The notes below the pieces were generated by a model, which was not told the origin of the DNA, searched no databases, and saw only the letters and a program-made list of their open reading frames with translations. From Fimbriiglobus sp. (GTDB taxonomy: Bacteria; Planctomycetota; Planctomycetia; Gemmatales; Gemmataceae), in assembly GCA_043738505.1 (NCBI GenBank), contig JAYUFU010000045.1, positions 1 through 53,651 of the forward strand: a stretch of DNA of 53,651 bases, written 5' to 3'. Each line of letters opens with the position of its first letter. Within the stretch, counting starts at the first letter, position 1. Positions 1 to 8,835 of the stretch are shown here, one piece after another. The position numbers and the translations under genes are program-made.

Positions 1-1
1 G

Positions 2-352
2 GTCACGCGGACGCCGGAGGGCGAGTACCTGTTCCAGGTGGCGGAGGGCACGGAGCTGCCCGGCGGCACCCGCCCCCGCGCCGAGGCTCGCGTCCTGCCG
101 CCGCCCGGCGAGCGCGACCGCGTGGAGATGAACCGGCCGGAGCTGGAGCGGGCGGCGAACGAGTCGCGGGGCAAGTTCTACACCCTGGCGGACGCCGACA
201 AACTGATCGGCGACCTGCCCGACGTGACGCGGTTGCCGCTGAACCAGCCGGTCCCGCCGCTGGGGGTGTGGAACCACGCCGCCCTGTTCGGGCTGCTGGT
301 GCTACTGCTGGCCGTCGAGTGGTGGGTCCGCCGCCGCGAACGGCTGGTGTGA
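2..352 (+). CDS. C-terminal fragment of a larger membrane-anchored protein (5' end outside window)
   Basis: The frame is open from nt 2 (VTRTPEGEYLFQ...). The listed ORF 38..352 is only its Met-bounded tail. GC3 bias is present, and the C-terminal hydrophobic helix AALFGLLVLLLAVEWW is followed by RRRER. Confidence 0.6.
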   Translation, partial: VTRTPEGEYLFQVAEGTELPGGTRPRAEARVLPPPGERDRVEMNRPELERAANESRGKFYTLADADKLIGDLPDVTRLPLNQPVPPLGVWNHAALFGLLVLLLAVEWWVRRRERLV

Positions 353-423
353 AATCGCCGTCCGTTCCTCGCGGGAGCTTTGCGAGTGAACCCGCTCGCC
401 CGGCCGGGTGTCCCGGTGGCATC

Positions 424-966
424 ATGGCCCGCTCGCCCGCCTTCGCCCGCTGCGTGTTCGTGCCGTCGTACCACCGCGACAACCTGCCCGACGGCAGCGC
501 GGTGTTCGACGCGAGCAGCTACGCCGACCCGCCGTACTGCGCGCTCAGCCCGATGTGCGTCCACGGCGACATCCCGGTAACCGGACTGCCCTGCACCGTG
601 TCGGACACCGTCGAAGGCGTGTGGCAGGGGTTGAAGGTGATCCGCGGCAAGACCGCGCCGCGGTACTTCCGCGGGCCGGGGGCGAAGCGCGGCGGGAAGC
701 CGTCCGGCCACCAGTTCGGCACGAAGCTGCTCGGCATCGTCGAGGCGCGGCGGAAGATCTACGTCCCGACCTACGAGTGGATGCTGGACCACTGCATCAC
801 GTACCAGTTCCTCGAACACTTCATCGAGGCCGCGTTCGCCGGCGTCCCGCAGCACTTCCACGATTTGGCCGACAACGGCGACATCAACGACGCCGGCCAG
901 CCGCTCGCCCACGCCGCCGTGCTGGCGCAGTACCTGAACCGCCTGTGTGCCGAACGGGCGGGGTGA
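424..966 (+). CDS. hypothetical protein (180 aa)
   Basis: ATG at 424 lies inside listed ORF 268..966. The frame is GC3-biased with non-repetitive composition. I do not recognise a family (motifs TVEGVWQGLKVI, YVPTYEWMLDH). Confidence 0.5.
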   Translation: MARSPAFARCVFVPSYHRDNLPDGSAVFDASSYADPPYCALSPMCVHGDIPVTGLPCTVSDTVEGVWQGLKVIRGKTAPRYFRGPGAKRGGKPSGHQFGTKLLGIVEARRKIYVPTYEWMLDHCITYQFLEHFIEAAFAGVPQHFHDLADNGDINDAGQPLAHAAVLAQYLNRLCAERAG

Positions 967-1078
967 GAGATGCGCCGAACAACCCAGCTCAGCAGCGGCG
1001 GAGGCCGAGAGAGCTACACGTCTCGGAAAGCCGTCATGCCCCGCCGTCTGCTACAGCGCCTTGTTCGGCGTGCCTTTG

Positions 1079-1558
1079 CTACCGTGGCGGAAAGAGATCA
1101 ATTTGGCCTGTTCTGGTCGCAATCTCGATCGCGGATTCGCCGCCGTCGTGCTTCGCATCGGGATCGGCCCCGTGTTCGATGAGAGTTTCAATCAGATCCT
1201 TCTTCGGGTTGAAGGCCCACAGCACCTTGCTCAGGGCTGTTTCCCCGGCCTCGTTGGCGGCGTTCGGGTCGCACCCGGCACAGAGCAGAGCGAATGCGAG
1301 ATCTTTCCGCAGAAGATGGGAGGCGAAGTGGAGGAGTGTCCCCCCCTCCCGGAGCCGAACGGTCGCATCTGCCCCGCGCTTCAGGAGCATACGCACCATC
1401 CCCATGCTCAGGTTGGTGGCCGTCGCTGCCTGGACCAAGAGCGTGTACCCGTCAGCGTCCACGAGGTTGATGTTATCGGCATCGACGTACCGCTCAACGG
1501 CACGCACGTCACCCTCGTAGAGGGCGTCGATCACCTTCTCGGGATGTCCCTTGCTCAC
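1079..1558 (-). CDS. ankyrin-repeat protein
   Basis: Ankyrin-type repeats are visible (DGYTLLVQAA..MVRMLLKRGADATV; GGTLLHFAS..ALLCAGCDPNA; GETALS..LIEHGADPDA). GTG at 1558 with GAGGG 9 nt upstream is favoured. The alternative ATG at 1756 adds a Cys-rich extension that abuts the divergent gene start. Confidence 0.7.
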   Translation of the reverse strand: MSKGHPEKVIDALYEGDVRAVERYVDADNINLVDADGYTLLVQAATATNLSMGMVRMLLKRGADATVRLREGGTLLHFASHLLRKDLAFALLCAGCDPNAANEAGETALSKVLWAFNPKKDLIETLIEHGADPDAKHDGGESAIEIATRTGQIDLFPPR

Positions 1559-1761
1559 GCTGCCGCCCTCACCACCGAGACACTCGTTCGCCGCCGAACA
1601 GATACTTATCCCAACGCATGAACTGGGATCATACACGCGAGGGAAACGCGGCGTCAAGCAGCATCTCCCCGCCGTGCCGTTGCATCGCAAACAGGTGCCG
1701 CAGAATCGCACCTCGATATCCTGCTCGTAACCCGCCCTTCCCCATCCCAGAGTCACCCGCC

Positions 1762-3945
1762 ATGCGTGCCCTTCTCGCCGTGCTGTTGCTGCCCGCCGCC
1801 GCGTCCGCCCAGGGGACGAAGGCCGACTACGAACGGTCCCTGTCGCTGAACCAGCGGTTCGGCGGCAAGGTGTTCCGCGACCGCGTCGAGCCGACGTGGG
1901 CCGAGGACGGCAAGCGGCTGTGGTACACCGTGGCGCTGCCCGAAGGGAAGAAGGAGTTCGTCCTGGTGGACATCGAGAAGGGCACCCGCGAGGTGGTGGC
2001 GGAGGACAAGCTGCCGAAGGGCGGCATCAAGCCAAAGGAGCCGAAGAAGAAGGGCCTGGAATCCGCGCCCGAAAGCCCGTTCGCGGAGCATGAAGGGGGT
2101 TCGGAGTTCGACTCCGATTCCCCCTCACCCCTAACCCCTCTCCCCCAGGGGAGAGGGGGACCAGAACTGGCCGTCCTCCAGCGGCAGCCGCGCGGCAGCG
2201 GCACGTCGCCCGACGGCAAGTGGGTGGCCAGCATCAAGGACTACAACGTCGTGCTGCGGGCGGCGGACGGCAAGGACGAGACGGCGCTGTCCACCGACGG
2301 GAAGGCCGACGACCGGTACGGCCGACTGTTCTGGTCGCCGGATTCGACCCGGCTGGTCGCCTTGAAAACCAAGGCCGGCGGCGACCGCAAGGTGACGCTG
2401 GTGGAGACTTCGCCGAAAGACCAACTTCAGCCGAAGACCAGCACCTACGACTACCTGAAGCCCGGCGACCCGATCCCGCTGAGCAAGCCGAAGCTGTTCG
2501 ACATCGCCGCGAAGAAGCCGATCCCGGTGTCGGACGACCTGTTCTCGACCCCGTGGGCGATCACCGACGAACACTGGTCGAAGGACGGCACGCGGTTCCT
2601 GTTCGCGTACAACCAGCGCGGCCACACCGTCATGCGAGTGCTGAGCCTGGACGTGGAGAGCGGCGAGGTGACGGCGGTCGTCAACGAGGAGTGCAAGACG
2701 TTCTTCGACTACGCCGGCAAGCAGTTCCTGCGGTATCTGGACGACGCGGACGAGTTGATTTGGATGAGCGAGCGGGACGGCTGGAACCACCTGTACCGCA
2801 TCGACGCCAAGACCGGCGAGGTGAAGAAGCGCATCACGAAAGGCGAATGGGTGGTGCGGCGGGTGTTGAAGGTGGATATTGAGAAGCAGGTGATGGATAT
2901 CGAAGTGATGGGATACGATCCGAAGCAAGACCCGTATCATTCGCACTTCGCGCGGGTGACGTTCGACGGCAAACTGACGATGTTGACCGACGGCGACGGC
3001 ACCCACACCGCGCCCAAGTATTCCCCCGACGGCAAGCACTACGTCGTGAGTTACTCCCGCGCTGACCTGCCGCCGGTGACGGAATTACGGGGAAGTGCCG
3101 ACGGGAAGAAGGTTCTCGAACTCGAACGCGCCGACGTGACGGCCCTGGAAAAAGCCGGGTGGAAGCCGCCGGAGCGGTTCGTGGCGAAGGGCCGCGACGG
3201 GACCACCGACATCCACGGCATCCTTCACCGGCCGACCAACTTCGACCCGAAGCGGAAGTACCCGGTCATCGAATCCATCTACGCCGGGCCGCACGACTTC
3301 CACGTCCCGAAGGCGTTCCGCCCGATCCACCGGCCGGTGGCGATGGCCGAGTTGGGGTTCGTCGTCGTGCAGATCGACGGCATGGGCACCAACTGGCGGA
3401 GCAAGGCGTTCCACGACGTGTGCTGGAAGAACCTGGGCGACGGCGGGTTCCCGGATCGCATCCCGTGGATCAAGACCGCCGCCGCGAAGCACCCGGAAAT
3501 GGACCTGACCAAAGGCGTCGGCATCTACGGCGGCAGCGCCGGCGGGCAGAGCAGCACGCGGGCGGTGTTCGCCCACCCGGACTTCTACAGCGTCGCCGTG
3601 TCCGACTGCGGCTGCCACGACAACCGCATGGACAAGATTTGGTGGAACGAGTTGTGGATGAGCTGGCCCGTCGGCAAGCACTACGCCGAGCAGTCGAACA
3701 CCAACCCGGACGCGGTCAAGCAGTTCGCGGGCAAGTTGATGCTGGTGGTCGGCGAACTGGATAAAAACGTGGACCCGGCCAGCACCATGCAGGTGGCGGC
3801 CGCGCTCGTCAAGGCGAACAAGGACTTCGACCTGCTGGTGGTGCCGGGGGCCGGGCACGGGGCGTGCGAGTCGCCCTACGGCCAGCGGCGACGGGCCGAC
3901 TTCTTCGTCCGCCACTTGCTGGGCGTCGAACCGCGGGCGAAGTGA
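1762..3945 (+). CDS. secreted S9B-family serine peptidase (dipeptidyl-peptidase IV-like: beta-propeller + alpha/beta hydrolase)
   Basis: ATG at 1762 opens the signal peptide MRALLAVLLLPAAASAQG. The N-terminal region is DPP-IV-like. Catalytic motifs are GIYGGSAGG (Ser), VVGELDKNVD (Asp) and PGAGHG (His). Confidence 0.85.
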   Translation: MRALLAVLLLPAAASAQGTKADYERSLSLNQRFGGKVFRDRVEPTWAEDGKRLWYTVALPEGKKEFVLVDIEKGTREVVAEDKLPKGGIKPKEPKKKGLESAPESPFAEHEGGSEFDSDSPSPLTPLPQGRGGPELAVLQRQPRGSGTSPDGKWVASIKDYNVVLRAADGKDETALSTDGKADDRYGRLFWSPDSTRLVALKTKAGGDRKVTLVETSPKDQLQPKTSTYDYLKPGDPIPLSKPKLFDIAAKKPIPVSDDLFSTPWAITDEHWSKDGTRFLFAYNQRGHTVMRVLSLDVESGEVTAVVNEECKTFFDYAGKQFLRYLDDADELIWMSERDGWNHLYRIDAKTGEVKKRITKGEWVVRRVLKVDIEKQVMDIEVMGYDPKQDPYHSHFARVTFDGKLTMLTDGDGTHTAPKYSPDGKHYVVSYSRADLPPVTELRGSADGKKVLELERADVTALEKAGWKPPERFVAKGRDGTTDIHGILHRPTNFDPKRKYPVIESIYAGPHDFHVPKAFRPIHRPVAMAELGFVVVQIDGMGTNWRSKAFHDVCWKNLGDGGFPDRIPWIKTAAAKHPEMDLTKGVGIYGGSAGGQSSTRAVFAHPDFYSVAVSDCGCHDNRMDKIWWNELWMSWPVGKHYAEQSNTNPDAVKQFAGKLMLVVGELDKNVDPASTMQVAAALVKANKDFDLLVVPGAGHGACESPYGQRRRADFFVRHLLGVEPRAK

Positions 3946-4109
3946 TTTCCGGTCTTGCGAGCCGCGACCGCGAGGGAGTGGCACAGCGGCCGCCGGGATG
4001 CTCGCCGCGAAGAAACACGCCCGGCAATCGGCACATTCCCCGTGTCTTCACATTCCGCCGCTTCGTAAATTGTTGCCACCACTCGCTCCCACCTCGGAGG
4101 TTCTCCGTC

Positions 4110-7091
4110 ATGCGCACCCGTTCTCGTTCCCTCCTCGTTCTCGCCACCTTCGCCGGCCTGTTCGCCGTCGCGGCGGCCGCCGAGCGGGAGAAGGTCGTCG
4201 GGGCCAACTGGTCCCAGGCGAAGAAGTTCACCAGCCAGTTCGTGGACCAGCACGTCCAGACGGCCGGGTTCGTGCCGAAGTTCGTCGGGAAGACGGACCT
4301 GTTCTGGTACCAGATCCGCACCCCAGAGGGCATGAAGTACTGGAAGGTGGACCCGGCCAAGAAGACCAAGACGGCGCTGTTCGACCACGCCAAGCTGCTG
4401 GCCCAGTTGTCCGAACAGGCGCAGAAGCCCTTGGACGCGGCTTCATTCGCGCTGACCAACGCGGCCGTCACGGAGGACGGGGCGAAGATGACGTTCGTCT
4501 TCGAGCGGACGCGGTACGAGTACGACCTGGCGACGAACGTCATCAAGAAGCTCGGCGCGGCCGCCGCCGAGGTGCCGCCCATCCCCCAGGAAATCCTCGA
4601 CCGCATGACGGACGAGGAGCGGCAGGAGTACTTCACCCGCCTCCGCGAGCGGCAGGAGCAGCAGAAGAAGGACGACGAGAAGAAGGAGGACAAGAAAGAG
4701 AATGACATGAAGGACACGAAGAAGGACGACATGACCGAGGTCAAGAAGGACGAGAAGAAGGAGGACATCAAGAAGGTGGAGAAGACCGACGTTAAGAAGG
4801 ATGAGAAGAAAGAGGACACCAAGAAGATCGACGGCAAGAAAGGCGGGTTCGGCAAGGGCGGCGTCAACCCGCTGGACTACAAGGCGTACTCGCCGGACAA
4901 GAAGAAGTACCTGTACGCCTACAAGTTCAACCTGTACCTGGCGGACGAGGGCAAGGAGGCGGACGCCAAGCAGCTCTCGACCGATGGCGAGGAGGACTAC
5001 GGATACGGCGTTGGCGGGCAGACCCGGCGGAGCGACGGCACCGTCGAGAAGCCGCAGCCGCCGGTCGAGCGGAAGACCCGCCCGCAGGTGACGTGGTCGA
5101 AGGACTCGAAGCGGTTCACCGTCACCCGCACCGACCGCCGCGGGACGAAGGAGCTGTTCCTCGTCGATTCCATCGCCCAGCCGCGGCCGGCGCTGGAACG
5201 CTACCGGTACTCGATGCCCGGCGAGGAGGCCATCGTCAAGGGCGAGGTGTACGTCGGCGACGCCGATGCCAAGACGATGACCAAGCTGAAGGCGAAGTGG
5301 AAGGACGAGACGTTCACCGACATCAAATTCGGCAAGTCCTCGGACGAGGTCGAGTTCATCCGCCGCGACCGCCTCCGCCGGCACCACGAGTACTGCCGCG
5401 TGAACGTCAAGACGGGCGACGAGAAGTGCCTGATCGCCGAGGGGTTCGAGGCCGCGTACCTGGAAGTGGCCACGCCCCGCGTCGTCGAGGAGACGGACGA
5501 GGTGATCTGGTGGTCCGAGCGCTCCGGCTGGGGGCACTTCTACCTGTACGACCGCGACGGCAAGCTGAAGAACCCGATCACGGCCGGCGACTGGCGGGCC
5601 GCCCGCGTCGTGGAGGTGGACGCCAAGAACCGGCTGCTCTACTTCACCGGCAACGCCCGCGAGCCGGGCGAGAACGTCTATTACACGCACCTGTATCGCG
5701 TCCGCTTCGACGGCAGCGACCTGACCAACTTGACCCCCGGCGACGCCAACCACCGGTTCGTCCTGTCGCCGTCCAAGCAGTTCGTGGTGGACACGTTCAG
5801 CCGAGTGGACCTGCCGCAGGCCGTCGTCATCCGGGACGACAAAGGCACCGTCGTGATGGCACTGGAGAAGACGGACACGGCGCGGCTGGAGAAGACCGGC
5901 TGGAAGACGCCGGAGTGCTTCAGCGTGAAGGCCGCCGACGGCATGACCGACCTGTACGGCAACATGTGGAAGCCGTTCGACTTCGATGCCAACAAGAAGT
6001 ACCCGATCATCGTGTACGTCTACCCCGGCCCGCAGCAGGAAGGGGTGACGCACACCTTCACCGCGTGGTCCACCTACCAGCAACTGGCGCAATTGGGGTT
6101 CGTCGTCATCCAGGTCGGGCACCGCGGCGGCACCCCGGAGCGGAGCAAGGCGTACCACAGCTTCGGCTACTTCAACCTCCGCGACTACGGGCTGGTGGAC
6201 AAGAAGGCGGCCATCGAAGCCCTGGCCGCCCGGCACGCCTACATCGACATCGACCGCGTCGGCATCTACGGGCACTCCGGCGGCGGGTTCATGTCCGGCG
6301 CGGCCATGCTCCAGACGCCGTACAACGAGTTCTTCAAGGCCGCCGTCGCCAGCGCCGGCAACCACGACAACAACATTTACAACAACTTCTGGTCCGAGAC
6401 GTACCACGGGCTGAAGGAAGTGCCGTTCGACGCCAAGAAGGACGGCGCGACCGAGGGCAAGGGCACCAACACCGGCAAGGGCGGGTTCGGCGGCAAGCGG
6501 AAGAACCCGCCGGAGGCCGACGAGGAGACGGAGGTGCTGCCCCCGCCGCGCACCGCCGAGACCCCCTGGCAGGACAAGATCGACGACCTCCAGAAGAAAC
6601 TCGACGAGTTGAAGAAGCGACTGGCCGACGCCACGGGAAAGGGCACCACGAAGAAGGAGGAGATCGACGCGCTGACGGCGAAGATGACGGAGTTGCTCAA
6701 GCAGTTCGACGAGACCAAGAAGAGCCTCGACAAGACCGAGGTGAAGAAGGTGGACGAGAAGAAGGACGCCAAGTTGGAAACGCCCAAGACGCGGTTCGAC
6801 ATCAAGATTCCGACGAACGCGGAACTGGCGGCCAACCTGAAGGGACACCTGCTGCTCGTCCACGGCGAGATCGACAACAACGTCCACCCGGCGAACACCA
6901 TGCGGCTGGTGGACGCGCTCATCAAGGCGAACAAGCGGTTCGACCTGCTCATCATCCCCGGCGCGCGGCACGGGTTCGGCCCGGCCCAGCCGTACTTCAC
7001 CGACCGCATGTGGGACTTCTTCGCCGAACACCTGCTCGACGACCGCCAGACCCAGGCGGACATCAAGGTGCGGGAGCCGAAGAAGAAGTGA
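4110..7091 (+). CDS. secreted S9B-family peptidase paralog with two large K/E/D-rich insertions
   Basis: ATG at 4110 follows GGAGG and opens the signal peptide MRTRSRSLLVLATFAGLFAVAAAA. Catalytic motifs are GIYGHSGGG, LLVHGEIDNNV and IIPGARHG. Propeller and catalytic regions are colinear with the upstream paralog. Confidence 0.85.
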   Translation: MRTRSRSLLVLATFAGLFAVAAAAEREKVVGANWSQAKKFTSQFVDQHVQTAGFVPKFVGKTDLFWYQIRTPEGMKYWKVDPAKKTKTALFDHAKLLAQLSEQAQKPLDAASFALTNAAVTEDGAKMTFVFERTRYEYDLATNVIKKLGAAAAEVPPIPQEILDRMTDEERQEYFTRLRERQEQQKKDDEKKEDKKENDMKDTKKDDMTEVKKDEKKEDIKKVEKTDVKKDEKKEDTKKIDGKKGGFGKGGVNPLDYKAYSPDKKKYLYAYKFNLYLADEGKEADAKQLSTDGEEDYGYGVGGQTRRSDGTVEKPQPPVERKTRPQVTWSKDSKRFTVTRTDRRGTKELFLVDSIAQPRPALERYRYSMPGEEAIVKGEVYVGDADAKTMTKLKAKWKDETFTDIKFGKSSDEVEFIRRDRLRRHHEYCRVNVKTGDEKCLIAEGFEAAYLEVATPRVVEETDEVIWWSERSGWGHFYLYDRDGKLKNPITAGDWRAARVVEVDAKNRLLYFTGNAREPGENVYYTHLYRVRFDGSDLTNLTPGDANHRFVLSPSKQFVVDTFSRVDLPQAVVIRDDKGTVVMALEKTDTARLEKTGWKTPECFSVKAADGMTDLYGNMWKPFDFDANKKYPIIVYVYPGPQQEGVTHTFTAWSTYQQLAQLGFVVIQVGHRGGTPERSKAYHSFGYFNLRDYGLVDKKAAIEALAARHAYIDIDRVGIYGHSGGGFMSGAAMLQTPYNEFFKAAVASAGNHDNNIYNNFWSETYHGLKEVPFDAKKDGATEGKGTNTGKGGFGGKRKNPPEADEETEVLPPPRTAETPWQDKIDDLQKKLDELKKRLADATGKGTTKKEEIDALTAKMTELLKQFDETKKSLDKTEVKKVDEKKDAKLETPKTRFDIKIPTNAELAANLKGHLLLVHGEIDNNVHPANTMRLVDALIKANKRFDLLIIPGARHGFGPAQPYFTDRMWDFFAEHLLDDRQTQADIKVREPKKK

Positions 7092-7444
7092 CGGCTCGCG
7101 CGCCACCCCGATTCGTAGGCACGGAACGCCGAAAGGCGCGGCACGCGGAGCGGGTCCGGCACCGGAACCGGAGCGGCCCGCGAAGAATTTCTCGGCGTGG
7201 AAACGCTAGAAATCCCAGCGTTTTCGGCGAATCTCGCGGCCGTGGCCGGACGCCCGGCCCCGTTTGGCACGGCCGCTGCTTTTACTCATTCCAGTGAGAT
7301 GGAAACCGGGCGAATCGGCTGAGCCGTTGGGAGAGGCGGCCTCAATCGACCGACCGGTTCCGGATCACCAAATACCACTCGGGTCACTCAGAGGAGGGGA
7401 GAGGCCTCTGGGTACCCGAGTGGTTGTTTTCATCCATCCAGACC

Positions 7445-7510
7445 GTTTCGGGCCGGAAGACTCGCACCGGCCCGAAACAAAAGCACCGGCCTCACGGCCG
7501 GTGCTTTTTT
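7445..7510. terminator. tandem GC-rich hairpins forming a probable bidirectional intrinsic terminator between convergent genes
   Basis: Hairpin 1 is a perfect 12-bp inverted repeat, 7445-7456 / 7467-7478. Hairpin 2 is GCACCGGCC-tcac-GGCCGGTGC (7483-7504), followed by TTTTTT on the plus strand and TTTTGTTT on the minus strand. It lies 29 nt beyond the stop of the minus-strand gene at 7539. Confidence 0.7.
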
Positions 7511-7538
7511 CGTCCGACTGCTCTCCGCCTTCCCAACC

Positions 7539-8774
7539 TCACTTCCACTTCCACGCCGTCAAGCCGTTCAAGTCGCGGACGAAGAGTTCGTCCCCGCATA
7601 CCGCCAGGTGCGCCCACGATTCGGCGTCGGCCACCTTCCGCTCGTCGAGAATTTCCAGCTCCTTGGTGTTCGCCTTCAGCAGGTACAGCATCCCCTTTTG
7701 GTCGAGGGCCAGCAGCTTGTCGCCGTTGGCAACGAGGCTCCAGTACTCGCCGTACCGCTTGTCGGACCGCCACGCCTCCTTGCCGTCCTTGATGTTGACG
7801 CAGGCGACAGTCTTGTCGCGGCCGAGGAAGTAGGCGTGCCCGTCGATCACCACCGGCGTGGACATGTACCCTTGGTACTTGAAGGCGAACGCCTCCTCGG
7901 TGCGGAATCCGTCCTCCGACTTCAACACCTTGACGCCCCGCGTGCCGCCGCCATAGCTGCTGGTGAAGACGGTGTCGCCCAGCACGGTCGGGGTGAGGAT
8001 GTTCATGCCCCGGTCGGCCGGGATCGGCGTCTTCCACAGCTCCTTGCCGGTGCCGCGGTCGATGCCGGCCAGGGTGGTGCGGGTCTGGACGAGAATTTGG
8101 TCGCGGCCGGCCACTGCGGCGAACACCGGGCACGAGAAGGCGCTGTCGTTCATCGCCACGCCGGTGCCCTTCAGGCTCTTCCACAGTTCCTTGCCGGTCT
8201 TCTTATCCAGCTTCACGAACGCGCCGCCGGCCTGCACGTACACGCCGGTGTCATCCACCAGCGGCGAACAGACGAAGCCGAACGTCGGGGCCTCGCTCTT
8301 GTACTCGGCCACGAAGTCGAACTTCCACAGTTCCTTGCCGGTCTTGGCGTCGAGGCAGACCAGCACGTCCTTGATGCCGGCGACGTACAGCCGGTCGCCG
8401 TCGAGGGCCGGCGTCGAGCGAATCCAACTGCCGGTCTTGGCGGCGAAGAACGGGACTGTGATGCTGCCTTCCCACGAAGCGTCCCACTTCTTCTTGCCGG
8501 TCGTGCGGTCGAACGCCGTCACCCACTCGGTCTTCTTGTCGCGGGTCTCGGTGGTGAACACGGTGTCGGCGGACACGACCGGCCCGGAGTAGCTCGGTCC
8601 CAAATCCTTCGCGTCCCAGGTTTTCGTCAGCGCCTCGCCGGCCAGTTTGACCGGCCACTTGGTGCCGGGCGGGACGATCCCGTCGCGGGTCGGGCCGCGC
8701 CACTGCGGCCAGGTCGGCACGTCGGCGGCGAAAGCGGGCGTGGCGAAGAGCAGGACGGCAAGGGCGGAGCGCAT
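7539..8774 (-). CDS. secreted PQQ-like (BamB/YVTN-type) beta-propeller repeat protein
   Basis: Signal peptide MRSALAVLLFATPAFAADVP is followed by WPQWRGPTRDG and repeated ...G..LW... blades typical of PQQ-like propellers. Confidence 0.85.
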   Translation of the reverse strand: MRSALAVLLFATPAFAADVPTWPQWRGPTRDGIVPPGTKWPVKLAGEALTKTWDAKDLGPSYSGPVVSADTVFTTETRDKKTEWVTAFDRTTGKKKWDASWEGSITVPFFAAKTGSWIRSTPALDGDRLYVAGIKDVLVCLDAKTGKELWKFDFVAEYKSEAPTFGFVCSPLVDDTGVYVQAGGAFVKLDKKTGKELWKSLKGTGVAMNDSAFSCPVFAAVAGRDQILVQTRTTLAGIDRGTGKELWKTPIPADRGMNILTPTVLGDTVFTSSYGGGTRGVKVLKSEDGFRTEEAFAFKYQGYMSTPVVIDGHAYFLGRDKTVACVNIKDGKEAWRSDKRYGEYWSLVANGDKLLALDQKGMLYLLKANTKELEILDERKVADAESWAHLAVCGDELFVRDLNGLTAWKWK

Positions 8775-8801
8775 GGGCGAACCTGCGGCAGTGTAACGAC
8801 A

Positions 8802-8826
8802 AACACCGGCTTTCCGGGCCGGTGTT
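8802..8826 (-). terminator. hairpin downstream of the sigma-factor gene
   Basis: Stem AACACCGGC-tttccgg-GCCGGTGTT (9 bp) begins 10 nt after the stop at 8836. The U-tract is weak. Confidence 0.4.
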
Positions 8827-8835
8827 CTTGCATTG

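Noticed and set aside
1559-1756. N-terminal 66-aa extension of the ankyrin ORF (ATG at 1756)
   Set aside because: The extension is Cys-rich with no ankyrin features. It would abut the start (1762) of the divergent peptidase gene, leaving no promoter space. An internal GTG with an SD at 1558 fits better, but the extension is not excluded.
2098-2122. tRNA T-arm-like sequence GGTTCGGAGTTCGACTCCGAT
   Set aside because: The stem/loop geometry does not fit a T-arm: with the observed 5-bp stem the loop is 5 nt, not 7. There are no acceptor, D or anticodon arms around it, and it lies inside a well-supported CDS.
4650-4860. Repetitive AAGAAGGA-rich DNA that might be a tandem-repeat or CRISPR-like array
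   Set aside because: The repeats are degenerate and in frame, encoding K/E/D low-complexity peptide. There is no repeat-spacer periodicity and there are no cas genes.
4443-7106. 887-aa ORF on the minus strand
   Set aside because: It lies exactly antisense to the well-supported S9B peptidase gene. The product is a monotonous R/G/A/L/V/P-rich sequence with no motifs. This is the typical shadow ORF of a high-GC genome, where stop codons are rare in the antisense frame.
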